A stretch of 64,000 nt of DNA from Mobula hypostoma (Eukaryota). The notes below the pieces were generated by a model, which made no database searches, had not been told where the DNA came from, and was given only the letters and a program-made list of their open reading frames with translations. Position 1 is the first letter of the stretch, and the number at the start of each line of letters is the position of its first letter. Of this stretch, positions 50,801 to 62,736 are shown one piece after another. The stretch spans positions 32,180,001 to 32,244,000 of the forward strand of contig NC_086109.1 in the NCBI RefSeq assembly GCF_963921235.1. The letters are read 5' to 3'. The position numbers and the translations under genes are program-made.

Positions 50801-52210
50801 GGTGTGCAAGTTTTGTTTCTTTTACTTTTTCATGTGTATTTCATGGCTGTCTGGAGAAGACAAATATCAGAGTTGTATTGTACATGCATCTTTGACAACA
50901 AAATTAACCTTGAATGTGGATCCTTGAACCTTGAGTCATTAAATGAGTGTAGTTATCCTCTTTGGTTGAGGGGTAGTAACTGTTATCGAACCTGGTGATG
51001 TGAGTCCTGAGGCACCCATACCTTCTACCTGATGACAGCAGTGAGAAAAGTGGATGCCCTGGGTGGTGAGAATCTTCCATGATGGATGCTGCTTTTCTAC
51101 GGCAAGGTTTCATGTAGAAATGCTTATTGGTTTGGAGGGTTTTACACATGATGTACTGAACCGAATCCACTGCCTTTTGTAGGATTTTCTGCTCAAAGGC
51201 ATTGGTGTTCCCACACATGTATAGAAGTTTGCCAAGGTTGTTGATGAAATGTCAAACCTCCGCAGACCCCTGAGGAAGTAGAGGTACTGTTGTGTTTTCT
51301 TCGCAATAATATTTATATGATGGGTCCAGGACCGGTCCTCTGAGATAGTGACACCCAGGAATTTAACATTACTGACCTCTCTACCTCTGATCCTCCGATG
51401 ATTACTGCTCTTGTGGCCTCTAGTTTCCTTCTCCTGAAGCCTACAATCAGTTCCTTGGTCTTATTGACATTGAGTGAGAGGTTGTTGTTATTATACCACT
51501 CAGCCAAGTTTTCAATCTCCCTCCTGTATGCTGATTCATCACCCCCTTTGATACAGCCCAAAACAGTGGTGTCATCAGCAAACTTGTATATAGTGTTGGA
51601 GCTGTACTCAGCCACACCGCCATAGGTGTAAAGCGAATAGAGCAGGGGTTAAGTACACATCCCTGTGGTGCTCCTGTGCTGATGGATACATGGAGGGAGA
51701 TACAGAAGCCTGAAGGCACACACTCAGTGATTCAGGATCAGCTTCTTCCCCTCTGCCATCCAATTCCTAAATGGACTTTGAACCCATGAACATTCCCTCA
51801 CTTTTTTATTCTGTTTTTGCACTATTTTCAATTTACCTATTTAACGTTCATATATATACTTACTGCAATTGATTTACTTATATTTTTCTACACGATCATG
51901 TATTGCATTGTACTGTTGCTGCTAAGTTAACAAATTTCACAACACATGCCGGTGATAATAAACCTGATTCTGATTCTAATTCATGTTGGTAAGGACTTCA
52001 ATATGCATGACACAAACACCTTCGGACACTGTTCAGAACAGGTAGCTTTTGATGCCAACCAGCATGTAATATAGTTTTAACATCACTGCTACTAATTGGA
52101 TCTCCACACTCCGGAATATTAGTTCCAGAATGGAAAAGATTCCCAACTCTCCGTGCAGTTTTGATACTACATGATTTCTAATGGCTGTTGCTATGAGTCC
52201 ACAATCATCA

Positions 52211-53890
52211 GACACTCAAGGGTGGCAGGGAAGAGAAGTGTGTGCAGTCACAATTACGACAGAGAAAGTACTCAGGAAGCTGAATAGGCTAAAGGTCGAT
52301 AAATCTCCTGGACCAGATGGAATGCACCCTCGTGTTCTGAAGGAAGTAGCTGTGGAGATTGCGGAGGCATTAGCGATGATCTTTCAAAAGTCGATAGATT
52401 CTGGCATGGTTCCGGAAGACTGGAAGATTGCAAATGTCACTCCGCTATTTAAGAAGGGGGCAAGGAAGCAAAAAGGAAATTATAGACCTGTTAGCTTGAC
52501 GTCGGTGGTTGGGAAGTTGTTGGAGTCGATTGTCAAGGATGAGGTTACAGAGTACCTGGAGGCATATGACAAGATAGGCAGAACTCAGCATGGATTCCTT
52601 AAAGGAAAATCCTGCCTGACAAACCTATTACAATTTTTTGAGGAAATTACCAGTAGGCTAGACAAGGGAGATGCAGTGGATGTTGTATATTTGGATTTTC
52701 AGAAGGCCTTTGACAAGGTGCCACACATGAGGCTGCTTAACAAGATAAGAGCCCATGCAATTACAGGAAAGTTACATACGTGGATAGAGCATTGGCTGAT
52801 TGGCAGGAAACAGAGAGTGGGAATAAAGGGATCCTATTCTGGTTGGCTGCCGGTTACCAGTGGTGTTCTACAGGGATCAGTGTTGGGGCTGCTTCTTTTT
52901 ACATTGTACATCAACGATTTGGATTATGGAATAGCTGGCTTTGTGGCTAAGTTTGCTGACAATACAAAGATAGGTGGAGGGGCCGGTAGTGCTGAGGAAA
53001 CGGAGAGTCTGCAGAGAGACTTGGATAGATTGGAAGAATGGGCAGAGAAGTGGCAAATGAAGTACAATGTTGGAAAATGTATGGTTATGCACTTCGGCAG
53101 AAAAAATAAACAGGCAGACTATTGTTTAAATGGGGAAGAATTCAAAGTTCTGAGATGCAACGGGACTTGGGAGTCCTCGTACAGGATTCCCTTAAAGTTA
53201 ACCTCCAGGTTGAGTCGGTAGTGAAGAAGGCGAATGCAATGCTGACATTCATTTCTAGAGGAATAGAGTATAGGAGCAGGGATGTGATGTTGAGGCTCTA
53301 TAAGGCGCTGGTGAGACCTCACTTGGAGTACTGTGAGCAGTTTTGGTCTCCTTATTTAAGAAAGGATGTGCTGACATTGGAGAGGGTACAGAGAAGATTC
53401 ACTAGAATGATTCTGGGAATGAGAGGGTTAACATATGAGGAACATTTGTCCGCTCTTGGACTGTATTCCTTGGAGTTTAGAAGAATGAGGGGAGACCTCA
53501 TAGAAACATTTCGAATGTTAAAAGGCATGGACAGAGTGGATGTGGCAAAGTTGTTTCCCATGATGGGGGAGTCTAGTATGAGAGGGCATGACTTCAGGAT
53601 TGAAGGGCGCCCTTTCAGAACAGAAATGTGAAAAAAATGTTTTAGTCAGAGGGTGGTGAATCTATGGAATTTGTTGCCACGGGCGGCAGTGGAGGCCAAG
53701 TCATTGGGTGTATTTAAGGCAGAGATTGATAGGTATCTGAGTAGCCAGGGCATCAAAGGTTATGGTGAGAAGGCGGGGCAGTGGGACTAAATAGGATAAA
53801 ATGGATCAGCTCATGATAAAATGGCAGAGCAGACTCGATGGGCCGAATGGTCAACTTCTGCTTCTTTGTCTTATGGTCTTATGGTCTTAT
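52211..53890 (+). mobile_element. CR1 LINE, 5'-truncated ORF2 with one frameshift (~53135) and a premature stop (53629)
   Basis: KSPGPDGMHPRVLKE, NYRPVSLTS, LDFQKAFDKVPH, KFADNTK, RPHLEYC; (tcttatgg)n tail; start approximate. Confidence 0.93.
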
Positions 53891-53992
53891 TTAGAGATTC
53901 TGGTGCTATATAAACTTGTGTTCTAGTCAATGGTGCTAGATGCAATGTCAGTCTTGATTCCAAGGTCCATTCACAGTCCTCTTGCCCCTATT

Positions 53993-54224
53993 TGTGTTGG
54001 GCACATGACCAAGTGGTTAAGGTGTTTTTATGGTGATCTGAAGGTCACTAGTTCGAGCCTCAGCTATGGCAGTGTGTTTGTGCCCTTGAGCAAGGCACTT
54101 AACCACACATTGCTCTAAGTCTGTGCGAGGAGTGGCGCCCCACACAGACTTCCAATCTGTGCCTTGTAAGGCATGAAAATGCCCGACGCAGGCCTCTCAT
54201 GGTCTGAGACGACGTTCCCTCCCT
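53993..54224 (+). mobile_element. tRNA-derived CORE-type SINE (same head as 7130-7445, different tail)
   Basis: tgaccaagtgg A box, agttcgagcc B box, gtgcccttgagcaaggcacttaaccacacattgctct. Confidence 0.8.
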
Positions 54225-55399
54225 TTTAGAGTGCATTGCAGCTGACAGATTATCAACAGGGAGAGCGGGATAAGGTGCTGAGAGGGAGAAAGGGGAGATG
54301 GACTCTCAGCAGGGAGCCTTTGTGTGAGGTGTTTGTGCTTCAATAGGGTAATTGAAGGTGGGAATTCCACTAGCCAGGTGGAAGATGGCTAATTGAACTC
54401 CCACCTGTTTAGTTGTAGGAACAAGTGGGTTTGAAAGGAAGAGGTGGAATGTGGCCTTAAGCAGCCCCAGGGCTTGAAACCCTGAATTTGAGCGGCCACT
54501 AGTTGATAGACAACACTGGTGCCTCCAACCAGAATTCAGTAGTGGTAAGCACAAGGAAATCTGCAGATGCTGGAGTGGTTTTCATTCTGAGTGAAAACAA
54601 CAGGACGTACCCTGTTCCCTGACTAACTTCCTTGCCTTACTTTGGAATCTGCTGAAGATCAGCTGTGGAACTGAACCAATAACCACAGCCTGAGTTTGCA
54701 TGGACTGAAGACTAATCTGCCATTGCTGCTCCCCAGGTGCTTGTTAAATTCTGCTTCTACACCAGAGGAGTCTGAAAATCAAAATAAAATGAAGATGTCG
54801 GAAGTCTGAAGTCAAAGTAGAAGTAATTTCCAGTTTTTTCTGTTTTTACAAAATCAATTAGAGACTCTGCTTTAAGACTTTGCCTAAATATACCGCATAC
54901 CAAGGTTGCAGTCAAGACAGCAAAGGATAGGCTCCAAGCTGTGTACTAAGGTCTGTGCTGGATTGATGCTGGAACCTCCATGCTCCAGGACATATCTCTC
55001 ATGCTATTTGATGGACCTGACAATGTGTCAAGCATTTCACCGCACATGTCCATCACTCGTCCTCCGTTGATCATCGAAGCAATTCCCTTGTTGGTGTCCT
55101 CTAGAGCCGAACTCGAGATCAGCTGTGTACGCAGGCAAAGTGGGTCTGAGCTGGCTGTAACCCTTCGCCCTGACCACAAGCCTGTTCTGCTCCGTGAAGA
55201 TCTACCCTCACCAGCCTCTCAGCTGCTCTCTGAGTTAAATTCGCTGTGAATATGAAATGGGGATGGTGCCTCTTCATCTTGGCTCTCAGCTCATTCATTT
55301 ACCACCCCGTGGGGAAGTGGACCAAGGAATGAAAGCAGGAATGTTACTGAGAACAGTATTGCCTTTCAGCAAGTTAAACCAGGACGGGGCTTATGCAGC

Positions 55400-56035
55400 A
55401 AACGGTAGAGGCCTCGAGAACATTGGAGAACAGGGTACAAATACGTGGTTCCATAAAAGCAGCAGTACAGGGACACAGGATGGGAGTAAGGTGTTTAACA
55501 TGCTTGCCTTCATTGATCAAGGCACTGAAACCTGATGTCACGTTTCAACTGTACAAGTTGTTGGCGAGACCACACGTAGGCGCATTTCCAGTCACCTAGC
55601 AACAGGATGGCATCCCATCAAAAATATGTGTCATGATGCTATCAGGACTAGAGAGCTGGAATCACAAGAAGAGGCTGGGACCTTCTCTTTGGAGCGTAGG
55701 AGGCTGGCAAATGACCTTATAGAGGTATATAAAATCGTGAGGGTCATAGATAAGGTGTCATTTTCCCAGACAGATAACTGTAAGATATAAATTCAAGGGA
55801 AAGATTAAAAACCAATATGAGGGGAAAGGTTTTCACATGGAGGATAGTGAATATTTTGTACAGGCTTCCCGATGAGGTTGGAGAGGTGGGTGCAATTATA
55901 ATGTTTAAAACATATTTTGACAGCAGCATGCTTAAAAAATGATTATGGGCCAAATGCAGGCAAATGGGACTAGCTTGGGTGGATATTTGGTCAGTATGGA
56001 CGAGTTGGGCTGAAGGACTGTCTGACACTATGACA
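55400..56035 (+). mobile_element. Old degenerate CR1 3' fragment
   Basis: MLAFIDQG..QLYKLLARPH; gaccttatagaggtatataaaat; CR1-like 3'UTR. Confidence 0.7.
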
Positions 56036-56336
56036 TCAGCCAAGTTTGGATCTTGTGTCCTTCTTCTTAATTTATGTGAAGTACTTTTAATGATGCTTCA
56101 AGGGAACTGAAGCTGGCTACCTATTTACTACTAACCACTTTTCATTCACTGGGAACAACATTGACCCAACAACCAGTATTTTATAATGTACTACATTTAA
56201 TAAGTGTGTTTAAAGACATAAAAATTAGAACAAGCATGGCTTATTGCTTAAAATATACTAGATATATTTTATATGTGATGATATAAATTGAATTTTCTGC
56301 AGCAGTGCTTATTTTAACTTGTATGTTGTTATTCAT

Positions 56337-56515
56337 GGGTAGCAAGGTAGCATAGTGGTCATCTTAACCCGATTACAGTGGCAGTGATAACCAGTTGGGT
56401 TCAATTCCTGCCACTGTCTGTAAGGAGTATGTATGTTCTCTCCATGACCGTGTGCATTTTCTCTGGGTACTCCAGTTTCCTCCCACACTCCAAAGATGTA
56501 TGGTTAGGATTAGTG
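56337..56515 (+). mobile_element. V-SINE-like element, truncated
   Basis: tagcatagtgg A box, gggttcaattcc B box, V domain. Confidence 0.75.
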
Positions 56516-56567
56516 TGTTTTTAGTAAGCACAAGCCTTGCTTATTTGATTTGATGCAAACAATGCAT

Positions 56568-56910
56568 TTCAAAGTTCAAGGTGAATTAATTATCAAAGTA
56601 CATACTGTATGTGTCACCATATACTACTTGAAATTCATTTCCTTCCAAGCATTCACAGTCGTACAGAAAGATAAAATTGAATCAAGAAAACCTACACACA
56701 AACAAGGAATAACAACCCATTACAAAATATGACAAATTGTGTAAATAATAAATAGATAGACAGATAAATAAATGCTAAGAACATGAGTTGTGGAGTCTTT
56801 GAAAGTGAGTCCATGGATCGTGGAATCATTTCAGTGTTGAGGTGGGTGAAATTGCCCATGTTGGCTCAAGAACCTGATGGTTGAAGGGTAACAACTGTTC
56901 CTGAACCTGA
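56568..56910 (-). mobile_element. Rex1-type LINE 3'UTR and tail
   Basis: Matches 12709-13020. Confidence 0.7.
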
Positions 56911-56934
56911 CGTTTAGTTAATCTTCTTCTTTAA

Positions 56935-57075
56935 TGTACTCAAGCAGTCAAGCATCATCTGAGGAGAGAAATAGAGTTAACATTTCGGGCTAACAAGTCA
57001 TTGATATAAAGTGTTAAAGCTGTTTTTCTCTGTGTCCACAGATACTTCATGGTCTGCGGAGTATTCTTGGAGTTC
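56935..57075. mobile_element. Old degenerate Penelope-type fold-back hairpin
   Basis: tactcaagcagtcaagcatcatctgaggagaga ... tccacagatacttcatggtctgcggagta imperfect inverted arms. Confidence 0.5.
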
Positions 57076-57227
57076 GCCACTTTACTTCATTATCACCGGA
57101 GATCAAGCAGTCCAGACATTCAGTAAAAACATTTGTAACACTCATTTCCACAAATTCAGAAGTTTTACCTTAATAATTTTAAATATATCCTTCATTTGTA
57201 TCATATCACTCAGCAACATTAGCCATC

Positions 57228-57574
57228 AAATTGAAGCAACACACACAAAATGCTGGTGGAACGCAGCAGGCCAGGCAGCATCTATAGGAAGAAGTACAGT
57301 CGACGTTTTGGGCCCAGACCCTTCATCAGGACTAATGGAAAAAAGAGATAGTAAGAGATTTGAAAGTGGGAGGGGGAGGGGGAGGGGAAGACCTAAAATG
57401 ATAGGAGAAGACAAGAGGGGGAGGGATGAAGCCAAGAGCTGGGAAGTTGATTGGCAAAAGGGATACAAGGCTGGAGAAGGGGGAGTATCATGGGACAGAA
57501 GGCCTTGGAAGAAAGAAAGGGGGAGGGGAGCACCAGAGGAAGATGGAGAACAGGAGAAGAGTAATTGTGAGAGG

Positions 57575-57646
<72 letters not shown>

Positions 57647-57680
57647 AATAAATAAATAAACAGATAAATAAATAAATAAA
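57228..57680 (-). mobile_element. Penelope-like 3' terminal fragment with expanded (GA)n (57578-57643) and (AAAT)n
   Basis: Reverse complement of 11640-12000; hammerhead at 57298-57333 with GAAA>AAAA. Confidence 0.88.
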
Positions 57681-58144
57681 TAAATAAATTGGGGATCCAT
57701 AAATTGAGTCAGTTTTCACATTCATGGCAACGTGACTTCATCCCTCTGTATTTTTTTTTATCCGTAAGAGTTTATCTTTAACTCATCCTTAAAACATTTC
57801 CTCTGGCTAAACATTGGGAAGATGTAGCAAAAGTTACAGGAGTTTTCCTAGTTTTAAAGAATAATAGTAGAAGTAAGATAGTGAAATGAAATTAGGCACC
57901 CAGTGTTTGACATGTTTCTTCCACACCTAAATACCTGTTCAAGATGGAACAGATAGGATTGTGACTGATATTTGGTGAAAAGAATGACATAAAAAATTGT
58001 GGCTGATGTGCTGGTGCCGCAGAATATTTTATAAGCAAGATATGTGTAGTTAATTGTTCTATTCAATTTTCTCCCATTTACCTCATTTCAATTATTAAAC
58101 CAGGATTTATGAATAGAAACAAAATAACATACACACAATGGCCA

Positions 58145-58361
58145 ACAACAGGAATTCTGCAGATGCTGGAAATTCAAGCAACACACATAAAAGTTGCTGG
58201 TGAACGCAGCAGGCCAGGCAGCATCTCTAGGAAGAGGTGTAGTCGACGTTTCAGGCTGAGACCCTTCGTCAGACGAAGGGTCTCGGCCTGAAACATCGAC
58301 TGCACCTCTTCCTAGAGATGCTGCCTGGCCTGCTGCGTTCACCAGCAACTTTTATGTGTGT
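58145..58361 (-). mobile_element. Short fold-back Penelope-like insertion
   Basis: ~91-bp arms centred on 58271; 35-nt unpaired tail; 15-bp TSD tacacaca(a/g)tggcca (58130-58144 / 58362-58376). Confidence 0.9.
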
Positions 58362-58363
58362 TA

Positions 58364-58932
58364 CACACAGTGGCCACTTTATTAGCTACATCCCGGACTG
58401 AATAAAGGGGCCACTGAGTGTACATTTGTCGTCCTCTGCTGCTGTAGCCCATCCATTTCAAGGTTCAATGTTTTGTGCATTCATAGATGCTCTTTTGGCA
58501 CACCTGCATTGTAATGCCTGGTTATTTGAGTTACTGTCACCTTCCTGTCAGCTTGAACCAGTCTGGCCGTTCTCCTCCGACCTCTCTCACTAGCAAGGTG
58601 TATTCACCCACAGAGCTGCCACTCACTGCATGCTTTTTGTTTCTCTTACCATTCTCTGTAAACTCTAAAGACTGTTGTGACTTGTGCGTGAAAATTCCAG
58701 GAGATCAGCATTCAAACTACTCTGTCTGGCACCAACAATCAACTATCATTCTGCGATTAAAGTCACTTAGATCACATTTCTTCCCCATTCTGACATTTGG
58801 ACTGAACAACTGAACCTCTTGACCATGTCCGCATGCTCTTAAGCATTGAGTTGCTGCCATGTGCCTAGCTGATTTGACATTTGCAATAACAAGCAGGTGG
58901 ACAGGTGTACCTAATAAAGTGACCACTGAGTG
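58364..58932 (-). mobile_element. Tc1/mariner non-autonomous element with both TIRs
   Basis: cagtggccactttattagctaca ... tgtacctaataaagtgaccactgagtg; transposase remnant PNVRMGKKCDLSDFNRRMIV. Confidence 0.85.
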
Positions 58933-58947
58933 AATGAGAGTGAGTGC

Positions 58948-58948
58948 G

Positions 58949-58979
<31 letters not shown>
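58948..58979. repeat. (TG)n microsatellite
   Basis: Seen directly. Confidence 0.95.
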
Positions 58980-59680
58980 ATATATAATTCTTTCTAATGA
59001 TCCTATCTCTGACAAACATTTGATATAGCTGATAAACACCTGCTAATGAAATTACTTGAAATATTAAATATTTTAAACAAGCTTCCTCTCTTGTAGTAAA
59101 AAATATTTATGATGTGAAATAAGGAGTCTGTATTTTTATTCATTTAAATAAAAGGCCTTGTAAGAAATAAAGACCAAATCACACATAACTTATGTTTTTA
59201 TTCATTTTCTTTATGAGTGCCATATGTGGTTTCAAAAATATTCTCATTAGCTGCTGAAAAATCCTACTTTCTGAGATGTGCTGGAGGTGGAGATGGTTGA
59301 GAGAATAGAAAAGCGATAGATGTCGGATGAAAACAAAGTGTCTTTGCAGTTGATGAAAGAATACAAATGTTTTATTAAAGACATATTAAACTGAGGTTTA
59401 AGCTAGTCTGTAAATTTCATTGTTACTATTTTTTATTTAATTATGATTATTTTAAAGACTGAACATTTAAATATTTCATGAGTTATTTTCCAAACAATTC
59501 TTTTTAAATTAGAAAAACACACCATATCCAAGCCAAAAATGAAAATTGAAAATTCAGTCCTTAAACATTATCAATAGCAACCTATTCTGTGTGCTCTTTA
59601 ATAGAGCAATACCCATTGTGTTTTTATTTCATGAAAAATATCATATGGCAAATTATTTTATTGTACATGTTGCAGGACAA

Positions 59681-59713
59681 CACCGCCATCTTCTGGTGAT
59701 CAACAGTATTACT
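59681..59713 (-). promoter_or_regulatory. Candidate CTCF site with upstream (ZF9-11) motif
   Basis: Minus strand AGTAATACT-gttga-TCACCAGAAGATGGCGGTG; motif match only. Confidence 0.4.
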
Positions 59714-59721
59714 GGTCCCTG

Positions 59722-60400
59722 AAAACAAAAGATATTCTGCAGATGCTGTAAATCTTGAGGAACTCAGCAGACCAGCAGCATCTATGGAAACGAATAAACA
59801 GTCGACGTCTCAGGTCGAGGCACTTCAACCTGCACTGTAAAGAAGGTGGGGAGGGAAAGGAGTACAAGTTGGCAGGTGAAACCAGATGAGGGGGAAATGT
59901 GAGTGGTTGGGGAAGGTTGGAATGATAGGTGGGAGAGGTAAAGGGCTGGAAAAGGAATCATGGGAGAAAGGGGAGGAGAGGGCACCAGGGAGCGTGGCTA
60001 TGTGCAGGTAAAGAGAGGAGAAGGGGTGAGAAGGAAGCCAGGATGGGGAACGGAAAAAGAAAGAAGGAGGAAGGGTATAAATTCCTGGGATATAGAGAAA
60101 TTGATGTTCATGCCACCAGGTTGGCGGCTACCCAGATGGAGTACGAGGTGTTGCTCCTCCAATCTGAAACTGGCTTCATCATGACAGTACAGGAGACCAT
60201 GGACTTACATTTTGGAATGGGAAGTTGAATTGAAAGGGATAACCATTGGGTGGTGTCACCTTTTGTGACGATCAGTGCAAAGGTGCTCAACAAAGCAGAC
60301 CCCCAATCTAGGTCGAGTCTCACCGATGAGTGCAGATCACACCAAGAGTACAGGACACAGTAGATGACCATGGCAGTCTCACAAGTGAAGTACACGCATA
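59722..60400 (-). mobile_element. Older Penelope-like element 3' part
   Basis: ctgcagatgctg terminus; gagaaattgatgttcatgcca..ggcta cccaga matches the GIY-YIG end of 11341-11610. Confidence 0.8.
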
Positions 60401-60569
60401 CGTACAGATGAAGTGTTGGAGTGTCAAAGGTCAAAGATGACTTCTTTGAAAGTACGACATGAAACAAAGCTTCTGTTTGATGCTTAATAGAAATTCCGAA
60501 GAAACTTTAAATCCACTTATAGGAAAATGAAAATGAGAATTCTCCAAGTGTCCTGCTCAACAATTAGCA

Positions 60570-61110
60570 TAGCTGGTATGGTTACTGCCACACTGCTCCA
60601 GCCACATGGATTCAATCCTATCCTTCAGTGCTGCTGCCATGCAGTTTGCCTGTAGTCTCTATAACATCATAAGTTTCTCCATGGCACTCCACTCTGATCC
60701 GCATCCCAAAGGTGTGTGGGTTGGTATTTTTTTTAACCACGGCGTAGTGGATCTGTGGAATTCATTGCCATAGACGACTGTGGAGGCCAAGTCATTGGGT
60801 GTATTTAAAGGAAAGATTGATAGGTCCTTTATTAGTAAGGGAATCAAAGGTTTCGGGGAGAAGGCAAGAGAATGGGTTTGAGGGGGTTAATAAAACAGCC
60901 ATGAAGGAATGACATAACAGACTTAATGGGCTTTATGGCCTAATTCTGCTCCTATGTCTTGTGGTCTTAACTGTTCATTGCAGTGCACCCTAGTGTGAAG
61001 GGAACTGACAGAATCTTGAGGAAATTGAGGGGAATGTGGGGAAAATAAAGTGGAATTAGTGTAAATTGGTGCCTAATGGTCAGAGTCAGTGGAATAAAGG
61101 ACCCGTTTAT
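60570..61110 (+). mobile_element. Degenerate V-SINE interrupted by a CR1 3' end (~60730-60968)
   Basis: ggattcaatcc B box, catcccaaaggtgtgtgggttggt, then CR1 gtggatctgtggaattcattgcca...cctatgtcttgtggtctt. Confidence 0.65.
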
Positions 61111-62135
61111 GAGTATGGTTGAATGGCTCATTAACATCATTGCTCAGTATTCGTAAACACGTCCTTCATTTTAAACACAACTCAACACATCCTTCATTTT
61201 AAAAGATCTTGTTCTGTATAAAAAATTTCCACTGCATCCAACTACAATTTAAATTCATTGACACCAAAATTCTGTTGGCATATTACATGTGCAGAGACAA
61301 AAAGCCCTCCCAAATTCACTAGGCTGGGATCATTTTCAAAATAAATACAGCAATCTTGCTAAGAGGAAGCTTTTAGAAGGGTCATATGGTAAAGACATCA
61401 ATAATTGTTTGATGTTCTTAAGAGACCAAGGGTCCATTTTTGGAATTGCTTCTAAAGCTGGAGTATTTGTATTTATTCCCAGAATTGTCTTTGATCTCCT
61501 CCAGCTAAGTCCTCAAGGAGTCTTTGAGGTTGAAATCAACCTGGTATTTCCTGATTTTGTATTGATATAAAAGGAGTCTATATATTCCTTCCTATTACTC
61601 TGACAAAATATAGAATTAATTATATCTCTATATATATTTACCACCTTATGATTAGAAATGTCTTTCTTTATGGAAATAAAAAAGCACGGTATATTGTCAT
61701 TTACCAAAAGATATGCATAATAGACAACTGGTTTCACTAAAGAGGTAGTCAGTCATTATTTGTTTTGAACATCTTATTTTATTTCCAAATTCAATTAAAA
61801 ATAACTACACTGCTATATGTATTCAAATACAGGAAGCAGCCAATGAGGGAAGATCATGAACTGAAATAGATTTTAAAATGATGAGTCATTTTAATAAAGC
61901 CTTCAGGCTGATCAACAACTCTGGCCTTAACCACCACCACCACAACTACATACAATCAATGTACGTATACAAGGTACTTGTACATTGTGTTTTACGGGAT
62001 TGCTTTCATGCTTAACTTTATTGTTTTTATCATGTTCTTTATGTTTATTACGATTTTTTATGCTGTATCAGAACTGTAGTAACAATCATTTTGCTCTCCT
62101 TTCCTCTTATGTGCTGAAGAATGACAATAAACAAT

Positions 62136-62670
62136 CATTATTATGATTATGATTATGATTATTATTGTTATTATGGTTATGATTATGAGGACATGCAGTC
62201 CCCTTTTATTGTCATTTAGTAATGCATGCATTAAGAAATGATAAAAATGTTTTTTCCAGAATGATATCACGAAAACACATGACAAATGGACTTAAAAACT
62301 AACAAAAACCACATAATTATAACATATAGTTACAACAGTGCAAAGCAATACCGTAATTTGATAAGAACAGACCATGGCACAGTAAAAGTCTCAGAGTCTC
62401 TCGAAAGTCCCATCATCTCACGCAGACGGTAAACCTCCAGCGCTGCCAACTTGCCGATGCAGCATCCCGAAAGCATCTGACGACAGTTCGACTCCGAGTC
62501 CGTCTGAAAAACTCCGAGCCGCCGACCACCTATTCGACACCGAGCACCATCTCTGCTGAGCGTGTCGACCCCAGCCCCGGCAACAGGCCATACACAAAGC
62601 CGAGCATTTGAGGCCTTCATCTCCAGAGATTCTCGATCGCACAGTTGTAGCAGCAGCAAAGCTGGCATTT
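62136..62670 (-). mobile_element. CpG-rich non-coding retroposon fragment with (ATT/ATG)n-type tail
   Basis: Tail at 62136-62187 next to a minus-strand AATAAA; interrupts another tail (acaatc|ttgaatc). Confidence 0.5.
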
Positions 62671-62736
62671 ATCTTGAATCAAGAGTAACTGTAATTTTCT
62701 TGGGCAAGGAGCCAGTGGCACTGAAATACCAATATA

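Larger units (their letters stand above)
47628..50932 (+). mobile_element. 3.3-kb non-coding retroposon carrying two internal tandem arrays
   Basis: Approximate TSD gagtcctaaa (47618-47627) / gagtcattaaa (50933-50943); starts ggcgccagcg; LINE-like 3' end with (aaccttg) tail. Confidence 0.7.
47411..51690 (-). mobile_element. Second Rex1-type LINE (47411-47627 plus 50933-51690) nested in the first
   Basis: STGAPQGCVL, YKFADDTTVLG, NLSLNVNKTKEL, HHPGHPLFSLLSSGRRY; 3'UTR continuous across the insertion; caaagttcaaag tail. Confidence 0.85.
47173..51977 (+). mobile_element. Rex1-type LINE 3' end (47173-47410 plus 51692-51977), host of nested insertions
   Basis: CTVESILTG..LRKTASIIK..LLPSGRR resumes as RYRSLKAHTQ at ~51698; ggaaggagat/ggagggagat duplication; ctgattctgattct tail. 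Confidence 0.8.

Noticed and set aside
54946..55249. Overlapping 77-aa and 89-aa ORFs
   Set aside because: No recognisable homology or splice signals; probably an old repeat.
61289..61570. 93-aa ORF as a host exon
   Set aside because: No recognisable domain or convincing splice-site pair on either strand.
62477..62515. CTGACGA...CTGAAAA hammerhead look-alike
   Set aside because: No convincing stem I, stem III or cleavage triplet; likely chance.
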